Shown here piece after piece: positions 42,966-56,401 of a stretch of 64,000 bases of DNA; the stretch's first letter is position 1, and every line of letters starts with the position of its first letter. The notes beneath the pieces were generated by a model. It was not told the DNA's origin. It did no database searches and saw nothing but the letters and a program-made list of their open reading frames with translations. Source of the stretch: Octopus vulgaris (taxonomy: Eukaryota); contig OX597835.1 of the NCBI GenBank assembly GCA_951406725.2, positions 22,940,001-23,004,000 of the forward strand. Direction: 5' to 3'. The position numbers were made by a program, and so were the translations under genes.

Positions 42966-43169
42966 GTACTTACATATAAGAGAACATAGTGTACGTACAC
43001 CACTATATATATGTATATATATAAATAAAAATATACAAAATGGGACAAGAACGCAAAACATCCAGAAGACGATACAAAAAACACGGACAGGTCATTTGAA
43101 ACCTTTAATCTTCAGTCAAGAACCGGATGATCCTCACAATTTCAGCTGTGGCCAGATTGGAGTAATCTC

Positions 43170-44310
43170 AAGTGTGCTGAAAGTGTAACTGCTAGAATAA
43201 GAATAGCCTGGGCAAAGTTCATAGAGATCTTACCTCTGCTGGTGACAAAGGGCCTCTCGCTCAGAGTAAAAGGCAGACTGTATGACGCATGTGTATGAAC
43301 AGCCATGCTACATGGCAGTGAAACGTGGGCTGTGACTACTGAGGACATGCGTAAGCTCACAAGGAATGAAGCCAGTATGCTCCGACGGATGTGTAATGTC
43401 AGTGTGCATACTCGACAGAGTGTTAGTACCTTGAGAGAAAAGTTAGACCTTAGAAGCATCAGATGTGGTGTGCAAGAGAGACGACTGCACTGGTACCGCC
43501 ATGTGGCGAGAATGGATGTGGATAGCTGTGTGAAAAAGAGCCACACCCTAGCGGTTGAGGAAACCTGTGGAAGAGGTAAACCCAGGAAGACCTGGGAAGA
43601 GGTGGTGAAGCATGACCTTCAAACATTGGGCCTCACCAAGGCAATGACTAGTGACCAGGACCTTTGGAAATATACCGTGCTTTAGAAGACTCAGCAAGCT
43701 CAAGTGAGACCATAACCTTGTGGCCTTTTCCAGGGGTGTAACTAACCCACTTATGCATACCTTTCCATCATTGGACACTAAACTCTGCTTGCAGAGACCT
43801 GCTGAGGCAAGTGAAATCGAAATCAAATTCGATGACTGGCATCTGTGCTAGGGGAGCGCTAAGAGTACCATATGAGCTTGATCATTGCCAGAGCAATAAG
43901 CTAGCCTCCGGTGCCATGTAAAAAAAAAATTGAGCGTGATCATTACCTGTGTTGCCTTACTGGCACTTATGCTGGTGGCATGTGAAAAAACATCCGAGCG
44001 AGGTTGTTGCCACTGCCGCTGGACTGGCTCCTGTGTAGGTGGCACATAAAAAGCACCTTTTGAGCATGGCCATTGCCAGTACTGCCTGACTGGCCCTCGT
44101 GCCAGTGGCATGTAAAAGCACCCACTAAACTCTCGGAGTGGTTGGCGTTAGGAAAGACATCCAGCTGTAGAAACTCTGCCAGATCAGATTGGAGTCTGGT
44201 GCAGCCATCTGGTTCGCCAGACCTCAGTCAAATCATCCAACCCATGCTAACATGGAAAGCAGACGTTAAACAATGATGATGCTGATGATGATGGTGATGA
44301 TGATGATGAT
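43170..44310 (+). mobile_element. 5'-truncated RTE LINE, same family
   Basis: MLHGSETWAV...RGKPRKTWEEVVKHDL, then 3' UTR and (GAT)n tail. Confidence 0.92.
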
Positions 44311-44804
44311 ATTAGAAGAAATAAGGTACTCAGAAATCTGGATGGTTTTATATTTACAGATTTTTATTAATATGTCACATGTTTTTATAAATCATATATT
44401 AGCGCTAGCATCCACTTTAGTGGATTCTTCAGATTGAATTTTTTCAGATTTGTCTCTTTTTATAATATTATTGAGTGTGTAGGGGTGGAGAGAGATATAG
44501 GTTAGTAAAAGAGGATGATATGTGTGTGTGTGTGTGTGTTTGCATCTTTATGCTTGTTGCTTGTGTTTGCCCTCCCTGCAGCCACCTACCACTTCATAGT
44601 TGGAGCTAGTTTGTTTATGCCCCATGACTGGTAGTTTGGCAAAAGAAATTGACAATGAGTACAAGAATTAAAAATATTAATTCTGGGATCAATTGTTTGA
44701 CTAAATAAACCTTTGAAAGGGGTGCCCCCACATGGCTGGAGTTCAATGGCCGAAACAAGCAGAAGGTAGAAAGTGCACACCAGTTCTGCATTATGAAAAA
44801 TATG

Positions 44805-44813
44805 AAAGGATAC
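44805..44813 (-). promoter_or_regulatory. U12-type (minor spliceosome) 5' splice site GTATCCTTT
   Basis: Exact match to the RTATCCTTT consensus directly after codons ISA of the SPAG17-like exon. Confidence 0.65.
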
Positions 44814-44958
44814 AAGCCGAAATTTGAAGCACCAACGATGTTTTCTCTGTGACAATACATAAATTATATTTCAAATTGATGCCACCTTCATATTTCTCAG
44901 TTAGAGCCGCAGGAATGTGGAGTCTGACTGTCAATTTCTCTTGGAGGCCAGCAGCAAT
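44814..44958 (-). CDS. SPAG17: SPAG17-like exon continuing the PapD-like domain
   Basis: atgcag acceptor; IAAGLQEKLTVRLHIPAALTEKYEGGINLKYNLCIVTEKTSLVLQISA parallels the SPAG17 segment VAAGMQTEL...HNIEIMTE..VLFLPVEA; followed by GTATCCTTT. If unspliced the frame ends at 44791. Confidence 0.8.
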
Positions 44959-47330
44959 CTGCATTGATAAACAATAAAAAAAAGAAATTAAACACACAAT
45001 AGATACTTACTTTAAACTAATTACAATGCAACATCAAGGAATATGAGACATTTTGGCTCAGCATTTGTGGAACTGCTTATTTGGCATTGCAATTTCAACA
45101 CTGGTTCATTTGACATCAAACCTTCTAAAGCTTTCTAGTTTCTTGCTCTTTAACTCTCTCTCTCTCTCTCTCTCTCCTCCACCTTCCTCCTCTCTTTCTC
45201 TGTGTTCATGGGTGTGAGCATATTTCTCTCTTTGTGTCTGAAGAGAGGGAAACTGTTTATGTCAACCGTATTCAATTAATAACTTGTAATGTCTCTTCTC
45301 CTCCTCCCCCTCTCTCTCTCTCTCTCTCTCTGTATTCTTTTGTTATTTTACTTGTTTAAGTCACTTGACTGCGGCCATGCTGAAGCACTGCCTAAAAGGG
45401 TTTCAGTCAAAGAAATCGACCCTAGGACTTATTCTTTTGAAGCCTGGTATTTATTCTATCAGTCTCTTTTGCTGAACTGCTAAGCTATGGGGATGCAAAC
45501 ACACCAACACTGGCCATCAAGTGATGATAGTGAGACAGAGACATAAAGACACGCACATAATAACTATATATACATATATACATACACACACACACACACA
45601 CACACACAATGTGCTTTTTTCAGTTTCCTTCTATTAAACCCTCTCAGAAAGCTTTGCTCAGCCTGTGACTATAGTAGAAGACACTTGCCCAAGGTGTCAA
45701 ATAGTGGGATTGAACCTGAACCATGTGGCTGCAAAGCAAGCTTCTTATTTCTTTATTGCCCACAAGGGACTAAACATAGAGGGAACAAACAAGGACAGAC
45801 AAAGGGATTAAGTCAAATACATCGACCCCAGTGCGTAACTGGTGCGTAATTAATCGACCCCGAAAGGATGAAAGGCAAAGTCGACCTTGGCGGGATTTGA
45901 ACTCACAACGTAACGACAGACAAAATACGGCTACGCATTTCGCCTGGTGTGCTAACGCTTCTGCCAACTCGCCGCCTTCTTACCACACAGCCACACCTGC
46001 GCCTATATTTCTGTGTGTTTGTGTGTGGAAAAGAGGAGGATTGAATGTGGGTATATACATATATGTGTGTGTGTGTATATAAGAGATTGTGTGTGTGTGT
46101 ACATAAGAGATTGTGTGTGTGTGTGTGTGCGTGCGCGCACACACACACACACACACACACATAAGGGATTGAATGTGTGTGTTTCTGTCCCATTGTTGAA
46201 TTTTAAATGAGTGTCCTCAAACAAGCAATGTCATTCATTTCCAATCTTTATGAAGACATGTCCAGATGTGTAGAAACATAAACTGCTTCGGGAACAATTG
46301 AGGATTGGCCTAAGAAATTCTGTTTTGATCCACACAAGCATGGAAAAGTGATGATGATGATGATGATGTCTATAAATTTCTGTAAGCATGTGCATATCAT
46401 TTGCGAATGCAGTACTGGAAAAAGATGTAAACTGTAGCAAGAAACCCGATAAACCAGTGATTTCATATGAAAATACCTTGAGTGATATTTGTTCAGTCCC
46501 CATTGCACAGACAATTTCATGTCACTCACATTACCACAAACTAATGATTACTCCAATGGATAGTGAGGCAGAGCTAAAAACACGAGGATCCAATGGAGAG
46601 AAGCAGAAAGGTCAGCCCAAAGTCGAAAACAGTGGAGAAAAGTCATTGAGGGCCTATGATCTATAAGAAGCAGAGAGGCTTAAGTAATAAAGCCTCCACC
46701 TTGAAGAGTAACTTACTAGTTGTAGCCATGACCAAAGGCAACCCTAAATAACCACAAAGCTAAAAGTTTGAGAAGAACAATGGTACAGTCACTTAATGAT
46801 TTCTAATATGTCACCCACTGTAAAAAGTCAAGCTCCTTCCCAAGTCATATAGACTTACAGAGCCACTTTCCTGGTTTCCATGGCATATAAATTCCCCACC
46901 TGGATGGGACGCCAGTCCCTTGCAGGGTTAACTCATTTTTGCCAGCTGAGTGGACTGGAACAATGTGAAATGAAGTGTCTTGCTCAAGAACACAATGCAT
47001 CACCCAGTCCAGGAATTGAAATCACAATCTTACAATCATCATTATCATCATTGTTCGACCATGGTCAAGACAATGGAATTTACCATGCTACGCCAGACTT
47101 CACGGTCCATCATAGCATTATGGAGGTCCTGTTGCTGGATGCCTGTATCCCTGGAAATTACGAGTAGATGGCTTCCAGAGGAGAAGAGTAGAAATTGCCT
47201 CGTTTTCAGCTCTACAACAATCATGAGTTCTACACCCTGACTGCTAATCCACGCACCTCCACAGAAATATGCACACCAAGGTAAAATAAAAGAAAAAAAG
47301 TAAAAAAAAAAAAAGCAATACATTACTTAC

Positions 47331-47573
47331 AGGTCCAAGTCGGTAGAAAACTTTCAAGCCAGAAGTAGGAGGTGGTTGTTTTATTTTAAAGCGGCACGAA
47401 TCGACACCAATATTTCTAAGAAAGAAGAATTTTTCATAGGTCTGACCCACTTTGATTTTACCAAACTGAAGCTCTTTCACAGATAGTTCAAGGGACTTGC
47501 TAAGTTTCATCCTGTCCTTTTCTTGGAGAGACGAACCAGCGAGTCTGCTATCGATCGGTTTGACATTGTGAGA
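47331..47573 (-). CDS. SPAG17: SPAG17/PF6-like exon, start of C-terminal PapD-like domain
   Basis: catttccag/gtaagt; 243 nt, phase 0-0; ...LQFGKIKVGQTYEKFFFLRNIGVDSCRFKIKQPPPTSGLKVFYRLGP resembles the vertebrate SPAG17 motif [28 protein letters not shown] (recalled, not aligned). Confidence 0.85.
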
Positions 47574-47879
47574 CTGGAAATGAAGACAGAATTAAGAGAC
47601 CAAAAGATACTGGCAAGAAGACGCACTGACGCACATGAAATGCAGTGCAAATGCACTCAATACAAGTGTTGGTTTGTTTATGTCCCTATAGCTTAGTGGT
47701 TCTGGAAAAGAGACCAATAAAATCGGTATCAGACTTTAAAAAAGGGTAAGTACTGGGAGTCAGTCAGTTTGATTAAACTTTTCAAGATGGTGCCCCAGCA
47801 TGGCCACAGTCCAATGAGTGAAAACAAGGAAAAGGTAAATGATGAAACCCTTGCTGCCAACATAAAAGGGGTCACAAAT

Positions 47880-48095
47880 ACAATGATGTTGATGATGATG
47901 ACTACAACTAAAGTGATGATAATGACAACAACGATAATAATGATGACAATGATGATGGCGATGATGATGACAATGGTGGTGATGATGGTGGTGGTGGTGG
48001 TGATGATGACGGTGGTGGTGGTGGTGATGATGATGATCATGATAGCAATCACAATATTGATGATGGAAGTGGTGGTGATGGTGGTTGTAATGATA
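47880..48095. repeat. (GAT/GGT)n intronic microsatellite
   Basis: Direct reading. Confidence 0.9.
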
Positions 48096-48164
48096 TGCAT
48101 CCAACAAGCAAAATATTTCAACTAACAATAAATTTTTTTTAAAAACCCCAAAAAAAACCCTTAC

Positions 48165-48271
48165 CATTGGAAGCAAGTTCGTTTCGCATGGTATCTCTGA
48201 TGAGAGGTTTTCTGATGTAGAAATGAACAGTTTCGGTAGGAGTGTAGGAGTTGAAGTATCTAGTGATGTAG
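48165..48271 (-). CDS. SPAG17: Probable SPAG17-like upstream exon
   Basis: tttttttaag/gtaagg; 107 nt, open in the phase 1-to-0 frame needed to join 47573 (TSLDTSTPTLLPKLFISTSENLSSEIPCETNLLPM). Confidence 0.6.
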
Positions 48272-49231
48272 CTTAAAAAAAAGAGAAAGACATATGTACA
48301 GACATGCCAACAGATATACACACACATTAGTAGTATAAACAGAATATACACACACACAGACACACACACACATATATATACACATACACATACACACATA
48401 TACACACAAATTATTATACATATATATATACACACACACACATATTCACATATATATAAACACACATATATACATACATACATACATATAAACACACATA
48501 TATACATATATATACACACACATATACACATATATATACACACACATATACATTTCATTGGACACTAAACTCTGCTTGCGAAGACCTGTTGAGGCAAGTG
48601 AAATTGAAATCAGGAGCTCTGAGAGTACCATCTGAGCATGATCGTTGCCAGAGCAGCTGACTGGCTTCTGTGCCGGTGGCATGTAAAAAGCACCGTTTGA
48701 GCGAGATCGTTGCCAGTGCCGCTGGACTGGCTCCTGTGCAGGTGGCACATAAAAGCACCATTTAAGCGTGACTGTTGCCAGTACTGCCTGACTGGCCCTT
48801 GTGCCGGTGGCACATAAAAGCACCCACTACACTCTCAGGGTGGTTAGCATTAGGAAGGGCATCCAACCACAGAAACCATGTCAAATCAGACTGGGGTCTG
48901 ATGCAGCCTTCTAGCTTGACAGTCCTGGTCAAACCATCCAACCCATGTCAGCATGGACAACAGACACTAAATGATGATGATAATATATATTGTTTCACAC
49001 ATGTATCCTAAAACTGAATCAAACTTATTTGTGCAAAATTGGTGAATTACCAGCTAGTATAAAATATATATCATTATATATATATATCATTATATATATA
49101 TATACTGTGTATATTATGATCTTTGTACCTCTCTCCTTCTTACACTATCATCACATCTATGCTCTGATCCTTGTTACTTGTGAGTATACCCTGGGACTTC
49201 ACCATCTTTCTCCTGCTCTCTCTTACACTTT

Positions 49232-49271
<40 letters not shown>

Positions 49272-49945
49272 CATGGTTACTGAGTAACCATGTACCTCCT
49301 CTATAGCAAGACACCTATTTATGCCTCTCTATTTCTCTGTCACACTCTGACCTTTCATCATCTGATACTGAACCACCACCTGTTTCTGCCTCTTTGTCTC
49401 TTTATCACACTCTAACCTTTCACCCTCTGACACGAGTTCCCCTTCTCAAAAGCCCCTGCCCCTCTCACAGCTCCGTGTCTTGTGAGTTACTTGGTGGCCC
49501 TGTTAGTGCTGGTACCACAAAAAAAAGCCTCCAGTCCACACTGTAAAGGGGTTGGCATTTGGAAGGGCATCCAGCTGTAAAAATCATGCAAAAACTGACC
49601 TCGCCTTTGCTACTGCCACATAAAAAGCACTGAGTTCACTCTGTGGAGTGCTTGGTGCTAGGAAGGGCATCCAGCCATAAAAAAACCTTGCCAAAACAGA
49701 CACAGTTGCATAGGGGACTTTCTCTGCCTGGCCAGCTCCAGTCAGCTGTCTTACCCATGCATACATAGAAGATGGATGTTAAACAATGATGATGATTACA
49801 ATGATGATATATGCTGTAATATGTTACAATAAATAACTGTATATGTGTTTGTATACATACATGCTTACATATTATATACGTACATGTTTTTTGTGTTTAT
49901 GTATGCACGTGATACTTACATATATATATATATCTATATATATAT

Positions 49946-50163
49946 TTAAAAAAAGGAGATGTGGAACACGAGTTGTGATATATAAAAAAGGAAATGAAGA
50001 AAATGCTGACAAAATAATTTAAGTAATTTAATTAGGTGAAAGTTCTTTTTACCGGTTGCGCATTTGTTATGCTTATAACAAATGCGCAACCGGTAAAAAG
50101 AACTTTCACCTAATTAAATTACTTAAATTACTTAAATTATTTTGTCAGCATTTTCTTCATTTC

Positions 50164-50170
<7 letters not shown>
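49946..50170. mobile_element. Fold-back element, second copy in opposite orientation
   Basis: Same sequence as the 42005 element, axis near 50072 at gcatttgttatgcttataacaaatgc; flanked by TA runs. Confidence 0.7.
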
Positions 50171-50212
<42 letters not shown>

Positions 50213-50219
50213 TTATTAC

Positions 50220-50303
50220 CTATAGGTGCTGAATGCCTTTGCCATAGTTGTGGTTTAATGGGCGATAGATATACCTCAGAAACTTCATCTCTACCTACGG
50301 TGC
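50220..50303 (-). CDS. Possible SPAG17-like upstream exon
   Basis: ttattcag/gtaata; 84 nt, open in phase 1-1 (TVGRDEVSEVYLSPIKPQLWQRHSAPI), compatible with the 48271 exon; no motif recognised. Confidence 0.45.
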
Positions 50304-50910
50304 CTGAATAATGAACAACAGAAGGTCATTGATGGAAAACAGTGTTGGAGAGCAAAGTTACAAGTTAATGTTAGCAATGTTAATGGTGAATAACAGAAGT
50401 CAATGTTAGCAGACACTGGCCAGAAGATGGCACTGGAAGCAAATGTCAGGTGTTTCAGGAAACCACAATATATCTTTTAGCATTTACCTGTTTCAGTCAT
50501 TTGATTGTGACCATGCTGGGGCATCAAGTGGAAAGGTTTTAGCGGGAGAAATCGACCCCAGGACTTATTTTTTTAAAGCCTAGTACTTATTCTATCAGTC
50601 TCTTTTGCCAACTGCTAAGTTGCAGGGACATAAACACACCAACATGAAAAGAAGTAATTAACTGCTGAATATAACTGGATATAAATCTCTGTTCTCCTTT
50701 ATTATAAATTCATTATGTGTGTGTGTGTATGATGGGCTTCTTTCAGTTTCCGTCTACCAAATCCACTCACAAGGCTTTGGTCAGTCTGAGGCAACAGTAA
50801 GCTACACTTGCCTAAGATGCCATGCAGTGGGATTGAACCCAGAACTATATAGTTGGGAAGCAAGCTTCTTACCACACAGCCACACCTGCGCTTATATATA
50901 TGTGTATGTA

Positions 50911-50950
<40 letters not shown>

Positions 50951-51929
50951 GGCGCAGGAGTGGCTGTGTGGTAAGTAGCTTGCTTACCAACCACATCATT
51001 CCAGGTTCATTCCCACTGCGTGGCACCTTGGGCAGTGTCTTCTATTCGGGCCTACCAAAGCCTTGTGAGTGGATTTGGTAGATGGAAACTGAAAGAAGCC
51101 TCTCGTATATATGTGTATGTATGTATGTATGTATGCTTGTGTGCCTGTGTTTGTCCCCCTAACATCGCTTGACAACCGATGGTGGTGTGTTTACGTCCTC
51201 ATAACTTAACGGTTCGGCAAAAGAGGCCGATAGAATATGTACTAGGCTTACAAAGAATAATTTGCTCGACTAAAGGCAGTGCTCCAGCATGGCCACAGTC
51301 AAAATGACTGAAACAAGTAAAAGAGTAAAGAGTATATAAAATAAGAATGCTTTATGATGCAATCAAATTATTCATCAATAAAAAATGTGTTTAAAACAGC
51401 TGTAGTGAACCTTTGACCCATTTGAGTTATTCTATATAAACATCATATCTGGAACCTTCCTTGTTTTGAATCTGAAACTTACATTGGATTGTGAAACTCC
51501 ACACTGGTGTGCATGGGTATATAATTTCATGTCTACACATATGCGTAAGTTTATGAATATGTCCATGTATACATGGGTATATATATATATATGGATGTGT
51601 TTGTATATGGTAGATGAACAGATCTTGGCCCTCATCTGGTCTCCTCCATATTAAACAAATCATAACAAATCCTACAAATAATTAATGACTATACACACAC
51701 ACATATATATATAGGGAAAATTCACGAAAAAAAACAAAAGATGAAGAGAGGTGGTGTAGACAACAAAAAATGTATTAGTATAATGCTCAGGAAGTGAAGA
51801 AGTCTTTAACATTTCAAGCCTACGCTCTTCCAAAGAAATGAACACAAAAAGAAACAAGGATAGAAAATGAAGAATGTGTAGTGGCTAGCGATCTATCATG
51901 GTGATCTATCATCTATATATATGCTCAGG

Positions 51930-52955
51930 AGCAATAAACACTGAAAATATGCAGAGAACAACTTCCGCCACATTCCAGGGAGAAAAACTAAAAGTAGTTG
52001 ATAGCTTCCGTTACCTAGATGACCAAGTCAGTAGCAGGGGAGTGTGCACTGAAAAGTGTAGCTGCTAGAATAAGAATACCCTGGGCAAAGTTCAGAGAGC
52101 TCTTACCTCTGCTGGTGACAAAGGGCCTCTTGCTCAGAGTAAAAGGTAGACTGTACGATGCATGTGTACGAACAGCCATGCCATATGGCAGTGAAACATG
52201 GGCCGTGACTGCTGTGGACATGCGTAAGCTTGCAAGGAATGACGCCAGTATGCTCCGCTGGATGTGTAATGTCAGTGTGCATACTCGACAGAATGTAAGT
52301 ACCTTGAGAGAAAAGTTGGACCTAAGAAGCATCAGATGTGGTGTGCAAGAGAGAAGATCACGCTGGTATGGTCATGTGGGGAGAATGGATGAGGATAGCT
52401 GTGTAAAAAAAAGGTGCCGCACCCTAGCGGTTGAGGGAACCTGTGGAAAAGGTAGACCCCATGAAGACCTGGGATGAAGTGGTGAAGCACAACCTTCGAA
52501 CATTAGGCCTCACTGAGGCAATGACTAGTGACCGAGACCTTTGGAAATATGCTGTCCTTGAGAAGACCCAGCAAGCCAAGTGAGACCATAACCTCATGGC
52601 CTATGCAAGGGATGTAACTAGCCCACTTATGCATATCTTTCCTTCATTGGACTCTAAATTCTGCTTGCGAAGACCTATTGAGGCAAGTGAAATTGACATC
52701 AAATTCAATGACTGGCATCCGTGCTAGTGGAGCACTAAGAGCAACATCCGAGTGTGATCATTGCCAGAGCAGCTAACTTGGCTTCCATGCCGGTGGCACA
52801 CAAAAAGTACCATTTGAGTATGATCGTTACCAGTGACTCCGTAGTGGCACTTGTGCCGTAGGCACATGAAAAAACATTTGAGCGAAGTCATTGCCAGTGC
52901 CACTGGACTGGCTCCTGTGCAGGTGGCATGTAAAAAAACACCATTTGAATATGGT
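51930..52955 (+). mobile_element. RTE LINE fragment, same family
   Basis: GEKLKVVDSFRYL...WAKFRELLPLLVTKG...YGSETWAV. Confidence 0.9.
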
Positions 52956-52994
52956 ACCTATGTGTGTATATATTTGTGTGTATGTATATATATA

Positions 52995-53420
52995 TCACCT
53001 TGATCACCTTAACCGACCAATCCGTCAGGCGTCCATTTGACACCGCTGGTCACAGCATGCTGTCCACTCCTCTCTGGATCGCACCTTTCACATCCACGTG
53101 ATCCCAATCGTCCTCCTGAAATCGTAACTCCACCGTCGTGGAGGCCTTTCCGGGTCGTCGTGTCCGCTCGTGCGGGTACCACTCAACAACTGCGCGGGTC
53201 CATCGATTATCGGTGAGCCAGGCGACGTGTCCAGCCCATCTAAACTTGCTGCATGTATACTCTGCGATGACATTCCTCACGCCAGACTTCTTTCTTATGA
53301 TCTCACTACTGATGTGCTCTCTCAACGAGATACCAAGCATTGACCTTTCCATGGCTCTTTGAGCTGTTACCAGTCTCTGCTCTTCTCTCTTTGTTGTAGC
53401 CCATGTTTCACAGCCATGTA
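52995..53420 (-). mobile_element. 3' end of a second RTE-clade LINE family
   Basis: LHGCETWATTKREEQRLVTAQRAMERSMLGISL...KFRWAGHVA. Confidence 0.85.
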
Positions 53421-53421
53421 A

Positions 53422-53458
<37 letters not shown>

Positions 53459-54036
53459 TATCATCATCGTTGTCATTTAATGTCCACTTTCCATGCTGGC
53501 ATGGGTTGGATGGTTTGACCAAGAACTGGCAAACCAGGAGGCTGCACCAGACTCCAATCTGATCTGATAAGGTTTCTACAGCTGGATGCCCTTCCTAATG
53601 CCAACCACTCGAGAGTGTAGTGGGTGCTTTTTACATGCCACCAGCACAGGGGCCAGTTAGGTGGCACTGGCATCGACCATACACGAATAGTGCCTTTTAC
53701 GTTCCACTGGCACGGGAGCCAGTCAGGCAGTACTGACAACAACATATATATATATCATATGTATATAATTGCATGTATATACATATGTAGAAGGTTGTAT
53801 AATACATACGTATATATTTATGTATGTATGTTTTATATATGTATGAATATATGTTTGTCAGCAAGTACTTATATTCATTGAGCATACTATCTGACTGTTA
53901 CCTGTGCCTTGTATATTGAAATACCTGGATTCTAACTAATGAATCTCACAATTAAATAATGATGTTTATATATATAACTAGATTATTTTATGCGCAACTC
54001 CATTGTCTCCCGAGACAAAAAGGATGCCAACAACAA

Positions 54037-54398
54037 TCTATATATATATAGCTGAAGTTGTCTGTGTGTGGCAGGTTTTGTAGCCTTCAACTAACATTAT
54101 CTCCTTCGAGACCCTGTGGTGTAGGTTGACCAAAATTGAGAGTATGATAGAAGAAGGTTTGCTCTTCATTCCGTAGAAGATAAAATTATTTACATCAAAA
54201 AGATGCTTTTTTTCTATGAAAATCCCTATTTTTTTACGATTTTTTGACTCCTGTGTCGCCATTTTTCGGTGTATTTCAACCAGAAAAATGTTCACTTAAA
54301 GAGAATAACAAGCTACATGATGCAAAATTTTTACTTTTCAAAAGTCCCAATTCTAAAGGGTCGAAACAAACCCAAGCAACGCCGGGCAACACTGCTAG
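54037..54398 (+). mobile_element. Non-autonomous Helitron
   Basis: A|TCtatatata 5' end; subterminal hairpin cccaagcaacgccggg followed by CTAG|T. Confidence 0.75.
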
Positions 54399-54639
54399 TA
54401 TATATATATATAAATAAGGATAAGATCATTATTTAAAATACCGATCATATCAAGTGGCTAGCATGGGTGCATTTTACATTTCACTGGCACTGGTGTCCTT
54501 GCATGTTATTGATATAAGTGCCATTTACGTGACTCTGGCACAGGTTCTACTGAGAATTCTGACAGAAATGAGGCAATATGTAAGGTAGGAGAGGTGGGCA
54601 TGGTAGTAAAGGACATGCATGTATGCATGGATGGCTACA

Positions 54640-55210
54640 ATTTCATTTTGTTTGTCGTGTCTTCTTAAGCATGGCAAATCACCAGAAGTCTTGGTTCCTT
54701 GTCATCTCTGTGAGGCTCAACAGCCAAAGATAATCTTTCACCGCTTTGTCCAACATCTTACTGGGTCTACTCTTCCCACAGGTTCCCTCCACAGAGATCA
54801 GCATTTCTTTATGCTGCCATCTTTATCCATATGCATCACATGACAATACCAGCACAGTTTTTCCCTCTTGTACCCTACATCTCATGCCTCTTATACCCAA
54901 TTTTTCTCTTAACCCTTTAGTGTTCAAACTGGCCATATCCGGCCCAAATAATCTACCTGTTTTCTGTTAAAACTGCCCAGATTTGGTATCTCACACCAAC
55001 CTATAATGTCAATCTAAAAACAGGTGATAACATCATCGAAACCTTAAAGCTACAAAATAATGCATGATTAGCTCAAAACAATATGGATGAATAAATATTA
55101 TATTTGACAGAATAATCTGAATGCTAAAGGGTTAAGCTGTCATACGTGCACACTGATATTGCACATCAAGAGGAGCATGTTGGTTTCTTTTCTTTAAAGC
55201 CTCCACATGT
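54640..55210 (-). mobile_element. Old RTE LINE fragment interrupted by a TTAA MITE
   Basis: Degenerate similarity to 40070-40420 on both sides of 54909-55135. Confidence 0.6.
54913..55131. mobile_element. piggyBac-type MITE
   Basis: TTAA|ccctttagtgttca ... tgaatgctaaaggg|TTAA. Confidence 0.8.
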
Positions 55211-55802
55211 CCTCTACAGTCACAGCCCATGTTTTGTGTGCGTGCGTGCGAGTGTAAGAGGGTCATCAGTGGATAATATATCCGAAAAAGAAGCACACCC
55301 TAAAAATTGGAGCAGTAATGTATTTATATGCATCTAAATATATGTCCCAGTCATAGAATGACCAATGGTTTCACATCCATAAAACTTAAGCTTTATAGAC
55401 AACTCCTCAGACTCCAATGGCCACGAACATCTAACCTCTCTTCAAACAGGAGGTAGAAAACTGTTACGGTCAGTTAATATATGTATATATTATTTTTCAC
55501 TTGTTTCATTCATTAGATTGCAGCCATGGTAGGGCACCACCTTGAAGGGTTACAGTCAACGAACTGACCCCTGTTCATATTATTTTATCAAACTTGGTAC
55601 TTATTCTACCACGACCTTGGCCGAATTTGAACTCAGAATGTAAAGAGAGACGAAATCCCACTAAGCATTTCGCCCAGCATGCTAACGTTTCTGCCAGCTC
55701 ACCACCTTACTAAAATCTGTACTCTACAACAAGTATTGAGTAATCTTTCAGTTAAATCCTAAATTGATTTTTAGTATATCTAGACATAAAAATGAACATT
55801 AA

Positions 55803-56040
55803 TATTTCTTTTTTCTTTACTACCCACAAGGGGCTAAACACAGAGGGGACAAACAAGGACAGACAAAGGGATTAAGTCAATTACATCGATCCCAGAGCGT
55901 AACTGGTACTTAATTTATCGACCCCGAAAGGATGAAAGGCAAAGTCGACCTCGGCGGAATTTGAACTCGGAACGTAACGACAGACGAAATACAGCTACAC
56001 ATTTCGCTCGGCGTGCTAACGTTTCTGCCAGCTCGCCGCC
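55803..56040 (-). mobile_element. tRNA-derived SINE with Meta-like domain
   Basis: ggcggcgagctggcagaaacgttagc...gagttcaaattcc...gcctttcatcctttcggggtcgataaattaagtacc; copies at 45747-45977 (-), 61573-61795 (-), 12118-12320, 18480-18695 (-). Confidence 0.88.
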
Positions 56041-56363
56041 TGAACATTAATATTATTTATTAATGGCATGGCTGTGTGGTATGAAGCTTCGTTCCAGGTT
56101 CAGTCCCATTTAATCTCAGGCCAAACAAAGAAAGAGTGGATTTGGTAGACCAAAAAGGAGTCTGTTGTGTATATTCTTTTATTGGTTTCAATCATTTGAC
56201 TGCGGTCATACTGGAGCATTGCCTTTAGTCTAACAAACTGACCCCAGGACCTATTCTTTTTAAGCCTAGTACTTATTCTATTGGTGTCTTTTGCTGAACC
56301 ACTAAGTTTCAGGGATATAAATATACCAACATCAGTTAAGTGATGGTGGAAGGACAAACACAG

Positions 56364-56401
<38 letters not shown>

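Noticed and set aside
47729-48176. Poly-His, poly-Met and poly-Ile ORFs
   Set aside because: Trinucleotide repeat inside a SPAG17 intron.
51482-51532. Extra SPAG17 micro-exon
   Set aside because: Good donor but weak acceptor inside microsatellite-like sequence; no recognisable homology.
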